The position numbers were made by a program, and so were the translations under genes. The notes beneath the pieces were generated by a model. The model saw nothing but the letters and a program-made list of their open reading frames with translations, searched no databases and was not told where the DNA came from. From Anaerovibrio sp. (GTDB lineage Bacteria; Bacillota; Negativicutes; Selenomonadales; Selenomonadaceae), in the NCBI RefSeq assembly GCF_051866355.1, contig NZ_JBJDWZ010000133.1, forward strand, positions 1-53,368: 53,368 bases of DNA, in the 5' to 3' direction. How positions within the stretch are numbered: position 1 is the stretch's first letter; each line of letters begins with the position of its first letter. This document shows, piece by piece, positions 37,899 through 47,041 of this stretch.

Positions 37899-38927
37899 GT
37901 GAGGATTGCAGTTGATGCGATGGGGGGCGATTACGCACCTGCGCAGATTGTGCTGGGTGCGGTAGAGGCTGTCCGTAAGTATGAGTGCGATATAGTTCTG
38001 GTAGGCGATGAGGAAAAAATAGAGGCCGAGCTGGCCAAGACCGGCATGGCCAAAAATCCCCACCTGATTGTTCATCACGCCGGGGAGGCTATTGAGATGG
38101 GGGAGCATCCTGTCGAGGCTATACGCCATAAGAAGGATGCCAGCCTGGTGGTCGCCACGAAGCTGGTAAAGAGCGGCGAGTGCGACGGAGTGCTGTCAGC
38201 CGGCAGTACCGGGGCGGCAACCGTGGCTGCCAAGATGTTCCTGAAGATGATTAAGGGAATTGACCGCCCTTCGATTGCCACGCCGCTGCCTACCACCCAC
38301 GGCATTGCCCTGCTGCTGGATTCCGGCGCTATTGTGGATTCCAAGCCGAGGGACCTGACTGAGATGGCCATGATGGGGTCCATTTTCAGCAAATACGTCT
38401 ACGGCATAGATAATCCGAAGGTAGGACTTCTGAATATCGGCGAAGAGGAAACCAAGGGCAATAAAAAGGTTCAGGCCACTTATCCCATGCTGAAGCAGGC
38501 CAGGGATGTGAATTTCATAGGCAATATCGAAGGCCGTGACATTCCCGGGGGCAAAGCCGATGTTGTAATTTGTGATGGATTTGTAGGCAATATTGTGTTA
38601 AAATTTGCAGAAGGATTGGCTGTTACCCTGTTCCAGCTGATTAAGGATGCAATTGAGAACGGAGGCGTTCTGGCCAAGCTCGGTGCGGTGCTGGTTATGC
38701 CGGCCCTGAAGAAGCTGGGCAAGAGGCTGGATGTTTCCGAATATGGCGGTGCGCCCCTTTTGGGCGTGAATGGCTGCTGTATTATATGCCATGGTTCTTC
38801 CAACGCTAAAGCAATTTGCAGTGCTATTGGCGTAGCCATAGAGTGTGTGAAGAATGATGTTACGGGTCATATCCGTGATAGTATTGCAGAGGAGGAGTTG
38901 CTAGCGAATGACAGCGAAACTATATAG
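37899..38927 (+). CDS. plsX: Phosphate acyltransferase PlsX
   Basis: IAVDAMGGDYAP, LLNIGEEETKG, CDGFVGN, YGGAPLLG, HGSS. Confidence 0.97.
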   Translation: MRIAVDAMGGDYAPAQIVLGAVEAVRKYECDIVLVGDEEKIEAELAKTGMAKNPHLIVHHAGEAIEMGEHPVEAIRHKKDASLVVATKLVKSGECDGVLSAGSTGAATVAAKMFLKMIKGIDRPSIATPLPTTHGIALLLDSGAIVDSKPRDLTEMAMMGSIFSKYVYGIDNPKVGLLNIGEEETKGNKKVQATYPMLKQARDVNFIGNIEGRDIPGGKADVVICDGFVGNIVLKFAEGLAVTLFQLIKDAIENGGVLAKLGAVLVMPALKKLGKRLDVSEYGGAPLLGVNGCCIICHGSSNAKAICSAIGVAIECVKNDVTGHIRDSIAEEELLANDSETI

Positions 38928-39912
38928 TGCAGGTATTCTCGGAACTGGCTACTACGTTCCGGAAAAGATAATGACCAATGCTGATTTGGAGAAAATAGTT
39001 GATACCAGCGATGAGTGGATTGTTGAAAGAACAGGTATCAGGGAGCGCCGTATCGCTGAGGACGGGGTTCCTATGTCCGACCTGGCCATGAAGGCTGCTG
39101 AGAATGCACTGGCTGACGCCGGTACATCCGCTGAGGAGCTGGATCTGATTATCGTTGCTACCCTGACGTCTGACAGGATTATTCCTTCTACTGCCTGTAT
39201 GCTTCAAAATCGTCTGGGGGCAAAGCATGCTGCGGCCTTTGATTTGTCTGCGGCCTGCTCCGGGTTTGCCTACGCGGCCAGCGTAGCGGCCCAGTTTATT
39301 GAAACCGGTGTCTACAAGAAGGCACTGGTAATTGGTGCAGAAACTCTTTCCAAGTACATCAACTGGGAAGATCGCAATACATGCGTGTTGTTTGGTGACG
39401 GTGCCGGTGCGGCTGTGCTGGGACAGGTTGAGGATGGTTATGGGATACTCAGCTTTGACCTTGGCAGTGATGGTTCCGGCGGCGATGCGATACAGATTCC
39501 TTCCAGCGGCAGCCTGATGCCTGTCAGCAAGGAATCCATAGACCAGCGTCTGAATCTCATCCACATGAACGGCAAGGAAGTGTTCAAGTTTGCCGTCAAG
39601 GCAATGGGCAAGACTGTCAAGAATTCCCTGGATAGGATTGGCATGTCCCAGGAGGAGATTGACTGGCTGGTGCCGCATCAGGCCAATATCCGTATCATAG
39701 AGTCTGCCGCGAAGCGCCTGTCCATGCCGATGGACAAGGTAATTGTCAACATCCAGAAGTATGGCAATATGTCTGCGGCATGCATTCCGATTGCCTTGGC
39801 TGAGGCATCTGCCGACAAGCGGTTTAAAAAGGGAGATATCATAGCACTGTCTGGCTTCGGTGCGGGCCTTACATGGGCGTCCTGCATTATCAGATGGTCT
39901 AAGGAGGATTAA
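38908..39912 (+). CDS. fabH: 3-oxoacyl-ACP synthase III
   Basis: DTSDEWI.ERTGI, AACSGF, PHQAN.RII, GNMSAA, GFGAGLTW. Confidence 0.97.
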   Translation: MTAKLYSAGILGTGYYVPEKIMTNADLEKIVDTSDEWIVERTGIRERRIAEDGVPMSDLAMKAAENALADAGTSAEELDLIIVATLTSDRIIPSTACMLQNRLGAKHAAAFDLSAACSGFAYAASVAAQFIETGVYKKALVIGAETLSKYINWEDRNTCVLFGDGAGAAVLGQVEDGYGILSFDLGSDGSGGDAIQIPSSGSLMPVSKESIDQRLNLIHMNGKEVFKFAVKAMGKTVKNSLDRIGMSQEEIDWLVPHQANIRIIESAAKRLSMPMDKVIVNIQKYGNMSAACIPIALAEASADKRFKKGDIIALSGFGAGLTWASCIIRWSKED

Positions 39913-39913
39913 C

Positions 39914-40861
39914 ATGTTTGAGGAAAATCCAATTTGTAAATTATTGAATATCAAGTATCCAATTTTCCAGGGTGGTATGGCATGGATTGGCACGGCCGAG
40001 CTGGCCTCCGCCGTATCCAACGCAGGTGGTCTTGGCATTATTGGCGCCGGGCATATGCCGCCTGATCTGCTCCGTGCGGAGATTCAGAAGGCAAAGCGTT
40101 GGACTGACAAGCCGTTTGGCGTGAACATCATGCTGATGTCTCCTTTTGTAAAAGAGGTAATGCAGGTGGTTGTTGAGGAACGCGTGCCGGTTGTTACCAC
40201 CGGTGCGGGCAATCCTGCCGAGTATCTGCCGGCATTGAAGGAGGTCGGCTCCAAGGTTATTCCTGTGGTGGCTTCCGTAGCACTGGCAAAGCGCCTGGTG
40301 CGCTCCGGCGTTGACGCCGTTATTGCCGAGGGCACCGAGTCCGGCGGCCATATCGGTGATATTACCACCATGGCACTGGTGCCACAGGTGGTGGATGCTG
40401 TGGATGTTCCTGTTATTGCTGCAGGCGGTATCGGTGATTCCCGCGGCATTCTGGCGGCCTTTGCATTGGGCGCTTCCGGCGTGCAGATGGGGTCCCGCTT
40501 CGTGGTTTCCGAGGAGTGCATTGCCCATCCGAACTACAAGAATCTCGTATTGAAGGCTAAGGATCGCTCCACTGTCGTTACGGGCCGCTCTACCGGCCAC
40601 CCTGTTCGCGTCCTGGCCAACAAGATGACCCGTGAATATGCAGAGCTTGAGACAAATCAGGCCTCTGTGGAGGAACTGGAGAAGTTTGGTGCAGGCAGGC
40701 TGAACATGGCAACCCATAAGGGCGATGTGGAGAACGGCTCCGTCATGATCGGCCAGATCTGCGGCATGTTCCACGAAATCAAACCTGTTGCTACTATTAT
40801 CGAAGAGCTGGTAGGCGGTATTGCCGCTGCTGGCGAGCGTGTTCATAATACTCTGAAATAA
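39914..40861 (+). CDS. fabK: Enoyl-ACP reductase FabK
   Basis: PIFQGGMAWI, PFGVNIMLMSP, EGTESGGHIG, TGRSTGHPVR; AAGGAGG RBS; fab operon position. Confidence 0.93.
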   Translation: MFEENPICKLLNIKYPIFQGGMAWIGTAELASAVSNAGGLGIIGAGHMPPDLLRAEIQKAKRWTDKPFGVNIMLMSPFVKEVMQVVVEERVPVVTTGAGNPAEYLPALKEVGSKVIPVVASVALAKRLVRSGVDAVIAEGTESGGHIGDITTMALVPQVVDAVDVPVIAAGGIGDSRGILAAFALGASGVQMGSRFVVSEECIAHPNYKNLVLKAKDRSTVVTGRSTGHPVRVLANKMTREYAELETNQASVEELEKFGAGRLNMATHKGDVENGSVMIGQICGMFHEIKPVATIIEELVGGIAAAGERVHNTLK

Positions 40862-40948
40862 TCTGTATTTTAAGCAATTTATGGAAGGGCTGCCTGCGGC
40901 TACGGCTGCGGGGGCATAGAGATTGTGTTTTAAAAGAAAGAGGTAAAA

Positions 40949-41890
40949 ATGAGTAAATTAGCTTTTGTATTCCCGGGGCAGGGTGCGCAGAAGGTTGGTA
41001 TGGGCAAGGATTTTTTTGACAACTACGATGTTGCAAAGAAAATGTTCAAGGAGGCCGATGAGGCTCTTGGCTATTCCATCATGAAGATGTGCTTTGAGGG
41101 GCCTGAGGAGGACTTAAAGCTGACAGCCAATACCCAGCCGGCTATCCTGACCATCAGCTGCATTGCCAACGAGATTTTGAAGGAAAATGGCGTACAGCCG
41201 GAGATTACCGGCGGCCATAGCCTGGGTGAGTATTCTGCCCTCGTTGCGGCGGGCGTGCTGAAATTCCAGGATGCTGTTGCGCTGGTACATAAGCGCGGTG
41301 CGTATATGCAGGAGGCTGTACCTGTAGGCGAGGGCGGCATGGCGGCCATTATCGGCGTTGACCGGGACAAGATTGTAGAGATATGCCAGTCCGTTTCCGC
41401 TGAGAGCCCTGTACAGGCGGTAAACTTCAACTGCCCTGGGCAGATCGTTATCGCAGGTGCTACCCGAGGCGTGGAGCTGGCTGTAGAGGAACTGAAGGCG
41501 GCAGGTGCCAAGAAGGCTGTTATCCTGCCGGTAAGCGCGCCTTTCCACAGCACCCTGATGAAGCCGGCGGCAGAGAAGCTGGCTGTGGAGCTGGACAAGG
41601 TTACCCTGTCCGATGCCAAAATTCCTGTCGTGGCAAACGTCAATGCCAAGGTGCTGACTAAAGCCGAGGACATCAAGGCAAGCCTGGTGGCACAGGCGGC
41701 CAGCCCTGTACTGTGGGAGGACTGCGTGGCAACGATGAAGGAGTTCGGTGCCGATACCCTGCTGGAGGCAGGCCCTGGCAAGACCCTGTGCGGCTTCAAC
41801 CGCAGGATTGACAAGACGATTAAGAGCTTAAACGTAGAGGATGTAGAATCTTTAGAAAAATCTCTTGACTATTTCAAGGAGGTTCGTTAA
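40949..41890 (+). CDS. fabD: Malonyl-CoA:ACP transacylase
   Basis: FPGQGAQ, GHSLGEY, VSAPFHS. Confidence 0.98.
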   Translation: MSKLAFVFPGQGAQKVGMGKDFFDNYDVAKKMFKEADEALGYSIMKMCFEGPEEDLKLTANTQPAILTISCIANEILKENGVQPEITGGHSLGEYSALVAAGVLKFQDAVALVHKRGAYMQEAVPVGEGGMAAIIGVDRDKIVEICQSVSAESPVQAVNFNCPGQIVIAGATRGVELAVEELKAAGAKKAVILPVSAPFHSTLMKPAAEKLAVELDKVTLSDAKIPVVANVNAKVLTKAEDIKASLVAQAASPVLWEDCVATMKEFGADTLLEAGPGKTLCGFNRRIDKTIKSLNVEDVESLEKSLDYFKEVR

Positions 41891-41891
41891 T

Positions 41892-42635
41892 ATGCTTTTA
41901 GAGGGTAAAACTGCACTGGTGACAGGTGCGTCCCGCGGCATTGGCAGGGCGATCGCCCTGAGACTTGCCCAGGAGGGTGCCGCTGTTGCCATTAACTACG
42001 CAGGCAATACCGCTGCTGCCGAGGAAGTAAAGTCCATGATTGAGGCGGCAGGGGGCAGGGCCATTATCGTCAAGGCCGATGTTTCTGACGGCGAGGCTGT
42101 TGATGAGATGGTAAAGACCGTGGTGGAAACCTTCGGCGGTGTTGATATTCTCGTGAACAATGCCGGCATTACCAGGGACAACCTGCTGATGCGTATGAAG
42201 GAAGAGGATTGGGATGCTGTTATCAACACCAATCTCAAGAGTGCGTATTACTGTACAAAGGCTGTTACCAAGCCTATGATGAAGAAGCGTTTTGGGCGTA
42301 TTGTAAATATGACTTCTGTAGTTGGTCTGACCGGCAATATCAGTCAGGCGAATTATGCTGCAGCCAAAGCAGGGCTTCTGGGCTTTTCCAAGTCCATGGC
42401 CAAGGAGCTGGCCAGCCGCGGGATTACCGTAAACATGGTAGCGCCGGGCTTTATTGAAACCGATATGACGGCTGTATTGTCCGACAAGGTCAAGGAGGCT
42501 ATGATGACCGGCATCCCTATGGGCAGGGCCGGCCAGCCTGATGATGTTGCCAATGCAGTGCTGTTCCTTGTTTCTGATAGTGCATCTTATGTTACCGGTC
42601 AGGTCATCAACGTTGATGGTGGCATGGTCATGTAA
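41892..42635 (+). CDS. fabG: 3-oxoacyl-ACP reductase
   Basis: TGASRGIG, NNAGITRD, YAAAK, APGFI.TDMT, VDGGMVM. Confidence 0.98.
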   Translation: MLLEGKTALVTGASRGIGRAIALRLAQEGAAVAINYAGNTAAAEEVKSMIEAAGGRAIIVKADVSDGEAVDEMVKTVVETFGGVDILVNNAGITRDNLLMRMKEEDWDAVINTNLKSAYYCTKAVTKPMMKKRFGRIVNMTSVVGLTGNISQANYAAAKAGLLGFSKSMAKELASRGITVNMVAPGFIETDMTAVLSDKVKEAMMTGIPMGRAGQPDDVANAVLFLVSDSASYVTGQVINVDGGMVM

Positions 42636-42675
42636 CATGGATATATAGAGAACCGTAAGAGGAGGTGAAACATAC

Positions 42676-42906
42676 ATGTCTACTTTTGAGAAAGTAAGAG
42701 ATATCGTAGTTGATCAGTTGGGTGTTGAGGCTGACGAGGTTTCCATCGAGTCCACTTTTATCGATGACCTGGGTGCTGACTCCCTGGATATCGTAGAGCT
42801 CATCATGGCCTTTGAGGAGGAGTTCGGCATCGAGATTCCTGATGAGGCTGCAGAGAAGATTAAGACCGTTCAGGACGTTGTTTCCTACATTGACCAGAAC
42901 AAATAA
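42676..42906 (+). CDS. acpP: Acyl carrier protein
   Basis: [20 protein letters not shown]. Confidence 0.99.
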   Translation: MSTFEKVRDIVVDQLGVEADEVSIESTFIDDLGADSLDIVELIMAFEEEFGIEIPDEAAEKIKTVQDVVSYIDQNK

Positions 42907-42923
42907 TTAGTGTCTTACCTTTA

Positions 42924-42958
42924 GGAAAGTCCCGTGAAGCCATTTCGCGGGATTTTCT
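42924..42958 (+). terminator. Stem-loop/leaky terminator after acpP
   Basis: GGAAAGTCCCGTGAA...TTCGCGGGATTTTCT. Confidence 0.6.
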
Positions 42959-42996
42959 GACAGGGGTAAGGCGGGCCTATGAATGGAGGAGTAGAT

Positions 42997-43938
42997 TTGA
43001 AGCTTCCTGAACTGAAGATTGGTACTAAAGTTGCGAAGGTTCCAATTGTGCAGGGTGGCATGGCTATTCGCTTGTCTACCGGTGCTTTGGCAGCAGCTGT
43101 GGCAAATCAGGGCGGCATCGGCCTGATTGCGGCTTCCGGCATGTCTCCGGAGGAGCTGCGTTATGAAATCAGGATGGCCAGAGCATTTTCCAAGGGCATT
43201 ATTGGCATCAATATCATGTTTGCGGCAAAGAAATTTGCGGAGATGGTAAACACTGCTATTGATGAGGGTATTGACCTGGTGGTTGCAGGTGCAGGCTTTT
43301 CCCGTGACATCTTTGCGTTGGGCAAGGAATCCGGTACTCCGGTGGTTCCGATTGTATCATCTGTAAAATTAGCGAAAATTTCTCAGCGTCTTGGCGCGGC
43401 CGCTATTGTCGTAGAAGGCAAGGAAGCAGGCGGTCATCTGGGAACTGACCAGTCCATCAGGGACATCATTCCGGATATCGTGGCCGCTGTTGACATCCCT
43501 GTTATTGCGGCAGGCGGCGTACTGCATGGCCAGGACATTGCTGATTTAATAAACATGGGCGTAAGCGGGGTTCAGATGGGCTCACGTTTCGCCGCCAGTG
43601 CAGAGGCAAACAGCGCCCCTGCCCTGAAAGAATTTTATTTGAAGGCAAAGCCGGAGGATGTGGTGGTTATCCACAGTCCGGTGGGACTGCCGGGGCGTGC
43701 TGTCCGCAATCCGTGGGCAGAGCGCATCATGGAGGGTCCTGTGCCGCCAAACAAATGTGATAACTGCCTGAAGGCATGCAAGCATAATTTCTGTATTATC
43801 CGTGCACTGAGCCGTGCACAGCAGGGTGACGTGGAAACGGGCCTGGTATTTACCGGCGAGTACCTGCCTACTATCGAGAAAATTTTGACTGTTGAGGAGA
43901 TATTCCAGCAGATTAAAGCAGAGGTTGCTGCTATCTAA
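42997..43938 (+). CDS. Nitronate monooxygenase-family flavoprotein with 4-Cys motif (FabX/UfaA-like candidate)
   Basis: PIVQGGMA, GAGFSRD, EGKEAGGHLG, VIAAGG, SPVGLPGRA, CDNCLKAC.HNFCII; between acpP and fabF; GGAGG RBS before TTG 42997. Confidence 0.85.
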   Translation: MKLPELKIGTKVAKVPIVQGGMAIRLSTGALAAAVANQGGIGLIAASGMSPEELRYEIRMARAFSKGIIGINIMFAAKKFAEMVNTAIDEGIDLVVAGAGFSRDIFALGKESGTPVVPIVSSVKLAKISQRLGAAAIVVEGKEAGGHLGTDQSIRDIIPDIVAAVDIPVIAAGGVLHGQDIADLINMGVSGVQMGSRFAASAEANSAPALKEFYLKAKPEDVVVIHSPVGLPGRAVRNPWAERIMEGPVPPNKCDNCLKACKHNFCIIRALSRAQQGDVETGLVFTGEYLPTIEKILTVEEIFQQIKAEVAAI

Positions 43939-43958
43939 AGTATTGTGAGGTGTTATTT

Positions 43959-45203
43959 TTGTCTAATCGTGTTGTTATTACCGGTATGGGCGTTGTAAGC
44001 CCTGTAGGTATCGGCAAGGAAGCGTTCTGGGACGCTATGCTGTCCGGCAAGAATGGTATTGATAAGATTAGCCGCTTTGATGCAACTGAGTACAAGGCAC
44101 AGGTTGCCGGCGAGGTAAAGGATTTTGATCCGGCTGATTACATGGACAAGAAGGAGTCAAAGCGCATTGACCGCTATGCCCAGTTTGCCATGGCTGCCGC
44201 AAAGATGGCTATCGAGGATGCCGGACTGGATCTGGAGAATGAGGATTGTGAGAGGATTGGCACCTATGTAGGCAGCGGCATTGGCGGCATTGAGACCATG
44301 CACGGCCAGTACGAGAAGCTCTTTGACAAGGGTCCTTCCCGTATCAGCCCGTTCTTCATCCCGATGATGATCGGCAACATGGCTGCCGGCCATGTATCCA
44401 TTGCCTTTGGCTTGAAGGGACCGAGCAACTGCGCCGTTACTGCCTGTGCTACAGGTACCAACAACATCGGCGATGCTTTCCGCGTGCTGCAGCGCGGTGA
44501 TGCTGATGTTATGCTGGCCGGCGGTACAGAGGCCAGCATTTCCCCTGCTGCTGTGGCCGGCTTCTGTGCTATGAAGGCACTGTGCAGCGACAGCAACGAC
44601 AATCCGCAGAAGGCTTCCCGTCCGTTTGATGCAACCCGCAGCGGTTTTGTTATGGGCGAGGGTGCCGGCATTGTCGTGCTGGAGACCCTGGAGCATGCCG
44701 AGAAGCGCGGCGCCCATATCTACGCCGAGGTTGTAGGCTATGGTGCTAACTCCGATGCGTACCACATTACCAGCCCGGCTCCGCATGGTGAGCTGCAGGC
44801 AAAGTGCATGGCGCTGGCCCTGAAGGATGCAGGTCTTACTCCTGCCGAGGTGGATTATGTGAACGCCCATGGCACTTCTACCCAGATGAATGACCGTGGC
44901 GAGACCGAGGCCATCAAGACCGTCTGGGGCGAGGAAGCAAAGAATGTTTCCGTAAGCTCCATCAAGTCCATGACCGGCCATCTGCTGGGTGCTGCCGGTG
45001 GCGTTGAGGCTATCGCCACTGCCCTGGCCGTGGAGAACGATATGCTGCCGCCTACCATCAACTATGAGAACGTTGAGGAGGGTCTGGACCTTGATTATGT
45101 GCCGAACAAGGCAAAGGCGAAGACTGTCCGTGCGGCTATTTCCAACAACTTCGGTTTTGGCGGCCACAATGCCTGCCTTGTGCTGAAGAAGTACGTTAAG
45201 TAA
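43959..45203 (+). CDS. fabF: 3-oxoacyl-ACP synthase II
   Basis: RVVITGMG, VTACATG, NAHGTST, KSMTGHLLGAAG, NNFGFGGHN. Confidence 0.98.
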   Translation: MSNRVVITGMGVVSPVGIGKEAFWDAMLSGKNGIDKISRFDATEYKAQVAGEVKDFDPADYMDKKESKRIDRYAQFAMAAAKMAIEDAGLDLENEDCERIGTYVGSGIGGIETMHGQYEKLFDKGPSRISPFFIPMMIGNMAAGHVSIAFGLKGPSNCAVTACATGTNNIGDAFRVLQRGDADVMLAGGTEASISPAAVAGFCAMKALCSDSNDNPQKASRPFDATRSGFVMGEGAGIVVLETLEHAEKRGAHIYAEVVGYGANSDAYHITSPAPHGELQAKCMALALKDAGLTPAEVDYVNAHGTSTQMNDRGETEAIKTVWGEEAKNVSVSSIKSMTGHLLGAAGGVEAIATALAVENDMLPPTINYENVEEGLDLDYVPNKAKAKTVRAAISNNFGFGGHNACLVLKKYVK

Positions 45204-45249
45204 GACAATTGAACAGATAGGAAATGAATTAGAGTTGAAGTGTTTTGTT

Positions 45250-45996
45250 ATGAGTGATCGTGTAAATGATCGTGTTACGGCTGAGCGCCGCCGCAGGCTG
45301 GAGGAACTGTCCAGGAGGCTGGGCGTGAACTTCCGCCATATCGGCTGGCTGCATCAGGCATTGACGCATACCTCCTACGCCAACGAGTCTCGGGTGAAGG
45401 TAGAGCATAATGAGCGCTTGGAATTCTTGGGAGATGCGGTGCTGGAGCTTGCTATCAGCACCTATCTCTTCAATCATTTTCCTGGACTTCCTGAGGGTGA
45501 TCTGACAAAAGCCAGGGCAGCGGTGGTCTGTGAGGCTAGTCTTTCCAGCCGGGCCGCGGAGCTGCATTTGGGAGATTACCTGTTGTTAGGACATGGAGAG
45601 CAGACATCAGGCGGGCGCAGGCGTTCCTCCATTCTGGAGGATGCCTTTGAGTCCGTTATCGGTGCCATTTACATGGATCAGGGCTGGGAAAAGGCCCAGA
45701 GCTATGTCATCAGGCAGCTGGAGGAGCATCTGCGCAGGGTTGAGGATGGCAGTACCAGGGTAAGGGACTACAAGACCATGCTGCAGGAGCTGGTACAGCG
45801 CAGGGCGGACAGCCATGTCGGCTACGAGCTTATTAGCGCGACAGGCCCCGACCATGCCAAGGTGTTTGAGTTTGCTGTGAAGCTTAATGACGAAGTTTTA
45901 GGAACAGGTAAGGGTCCAAGTAAAAAGGCGGCTGAGCAACAGGCAGCCCGCCGAGCTTTAGAGATTTTGAATAATCGTGACAAAAAAGAGGCATGA
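45250..45996 (+). CDS. rnc: Ribonuclease III
   Basis: ALTHTS, NERLEFLGDAVL, EDAFES.IGAIY.D, dsRBD DYKT.LQE...GPDHAK.F...SKKAAEQ. Confidence 0.98.
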   Translation: MSDRVNDRVTAERRRRLEELSRRLGVNFRHIGWLHQALTHTSYANESRVKVEHNERLEFLGDAVLELAISTYLFNHFPGLPEGDLTKARAAVVCEASLSSRAAELHLGDYLLLGHGEQTSGGRRRSSILEDAFESVIGAIYMDQGWEKAQSYVIRQLEEHLRRVEDGSTRVRDYKTMLQELVQRRADSHVGYELISATGPDHAKVFEFAVKLNDEVLGTGKGPSKKAAEQQAARRALEILNNRDKKEA

Positions 45997-46010
45997 GTGC
46001 CTCTTTTTTT
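45982..46010 (+). terminator. Terminator at the end of rnc
   Basis: AAAAAAGAGGCA-TGAG-TGCCTCTTTTTT. Confidence 0.85.
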
Positions 46011-46067
46011 GTTATAATTGTCATGTAGCTGGTAAGTTTAAAAGAGAGAATACGGGAGATGAGTTGC

Positions 46068-46877
46068 ATGAAAAAACTGATTATGCTGGGAACCGGCAAT
46101 GCCATGGTGACGAAGATTTTCAACACCTGCTTTTTGCTTGAGCTGCCGGACGGGGAGATTTTTATGACTGATGCCGGCGGCGGCAACGGCATATTGCGGC
46201 AGATGGAGCTGGCAGGGGCTGACTATCAGAAGCTGCATCATATGTTTGTGACCCATGGGCATACAGATCATGTTTTGGGCGTGATATGGATAATAAGGAA
46301 AATCGCCTCCATGCTAAATGCAGGCAAGTATCAGGGGCAGCTGCACATTTACTGCCATGACGTAGTCAGGGATATGCTGGAAAAGATGTGCGGCATGATG
46401 CTGAAAAAGAAGGACCTGGCCAACGTGGGGAAAGACATTCTCATTCATGAGGTGAAGGATGGGGAAAACGTGGAGCTGCCGCAGATGACCCTGACGGCTT
46501 TTGATATTTTTTCTACCAAGGCAAAGCAGTTCGGCTACCGTCTTGTTTTCAGGGATGATGGACAGGTGCTGACCTGCCTGGGAGACGAGCCGTACAATCC
46601 AAAGTGCCGCCAGTATGCCGAGGGAGCGGACTGGCTGCTGTCGGAGGCCTTCTGCCGGTACGATGACAGGGATGTGTTCAAGCCTTATGAGAAGCATCAC
46701 AGCACGGCCAAGGAGGCCGGGGAGCTGGCACAGCAGCTGGGGGCAAGGAATGTGGTGCTCTACCATACGGAGGACAAGACCATTGCTGACCGCAAGGAGA
46801 AGTATACGGCAGAGTGCAGGAGCTATTTTGCGGGAAATGTATTTGTGCCTGATGATTTGGAAATAATCGCCATATAA
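46068..46877 (+). CDS. RNase Z/ElaC-like MBL-fold hydrolase
   Basis: LGTG, DAG, THGHTDH (HxHxDH), HHST, LYH; ATG 46059 is an alternative start. Confidence 0.8.
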   Translation: MKKLIMLGTGNAMVTKIFNTCFLLELPDGEIFMTDAGGGNGILRQMELAGADYQKLHHMFVTHGHTDHVLGVIWIIRKIASMLNAGKYQGQLHIYCHDVVRDMLEKMCGMMLKKKDLANVGKDILIHEVKDGENVELPQMTLTAFDIFSTKAKQFGYRLVFRDDGQVLTCLGDEPYNPKCRQYAEGADWLLSEAFCRYDDRDVFKPYEKHHSTAKEAGELAQQLGARNVVLYHTEDKTIADRKEKYTAECRSYFAGNVFVPDDLEIIAI

Positions 46878-46946
46878 TACTGTTTTTAGATATTTTTCAT
46901 AATAAAGGTTTATACTGTAGCATGCTCGGGGTAATGTCTGTTTATA

Positions 46947-46975
46947 TTGACAATTTCTTATAGCAAATGTATCAT
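46947..46975 (+). promoter_or_regulatory. sigma-A promoter of the RND operon
   Basis: TTGACA-17-TATCAT. Confidence 0.75.
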
Positions 46976-47041
46976 ATAGCAGTATAGTTTACATTTTAGC
47001 ATGCTTTGATTTTGTATGGGAATTTTAGGAGGTAGGTAGAG

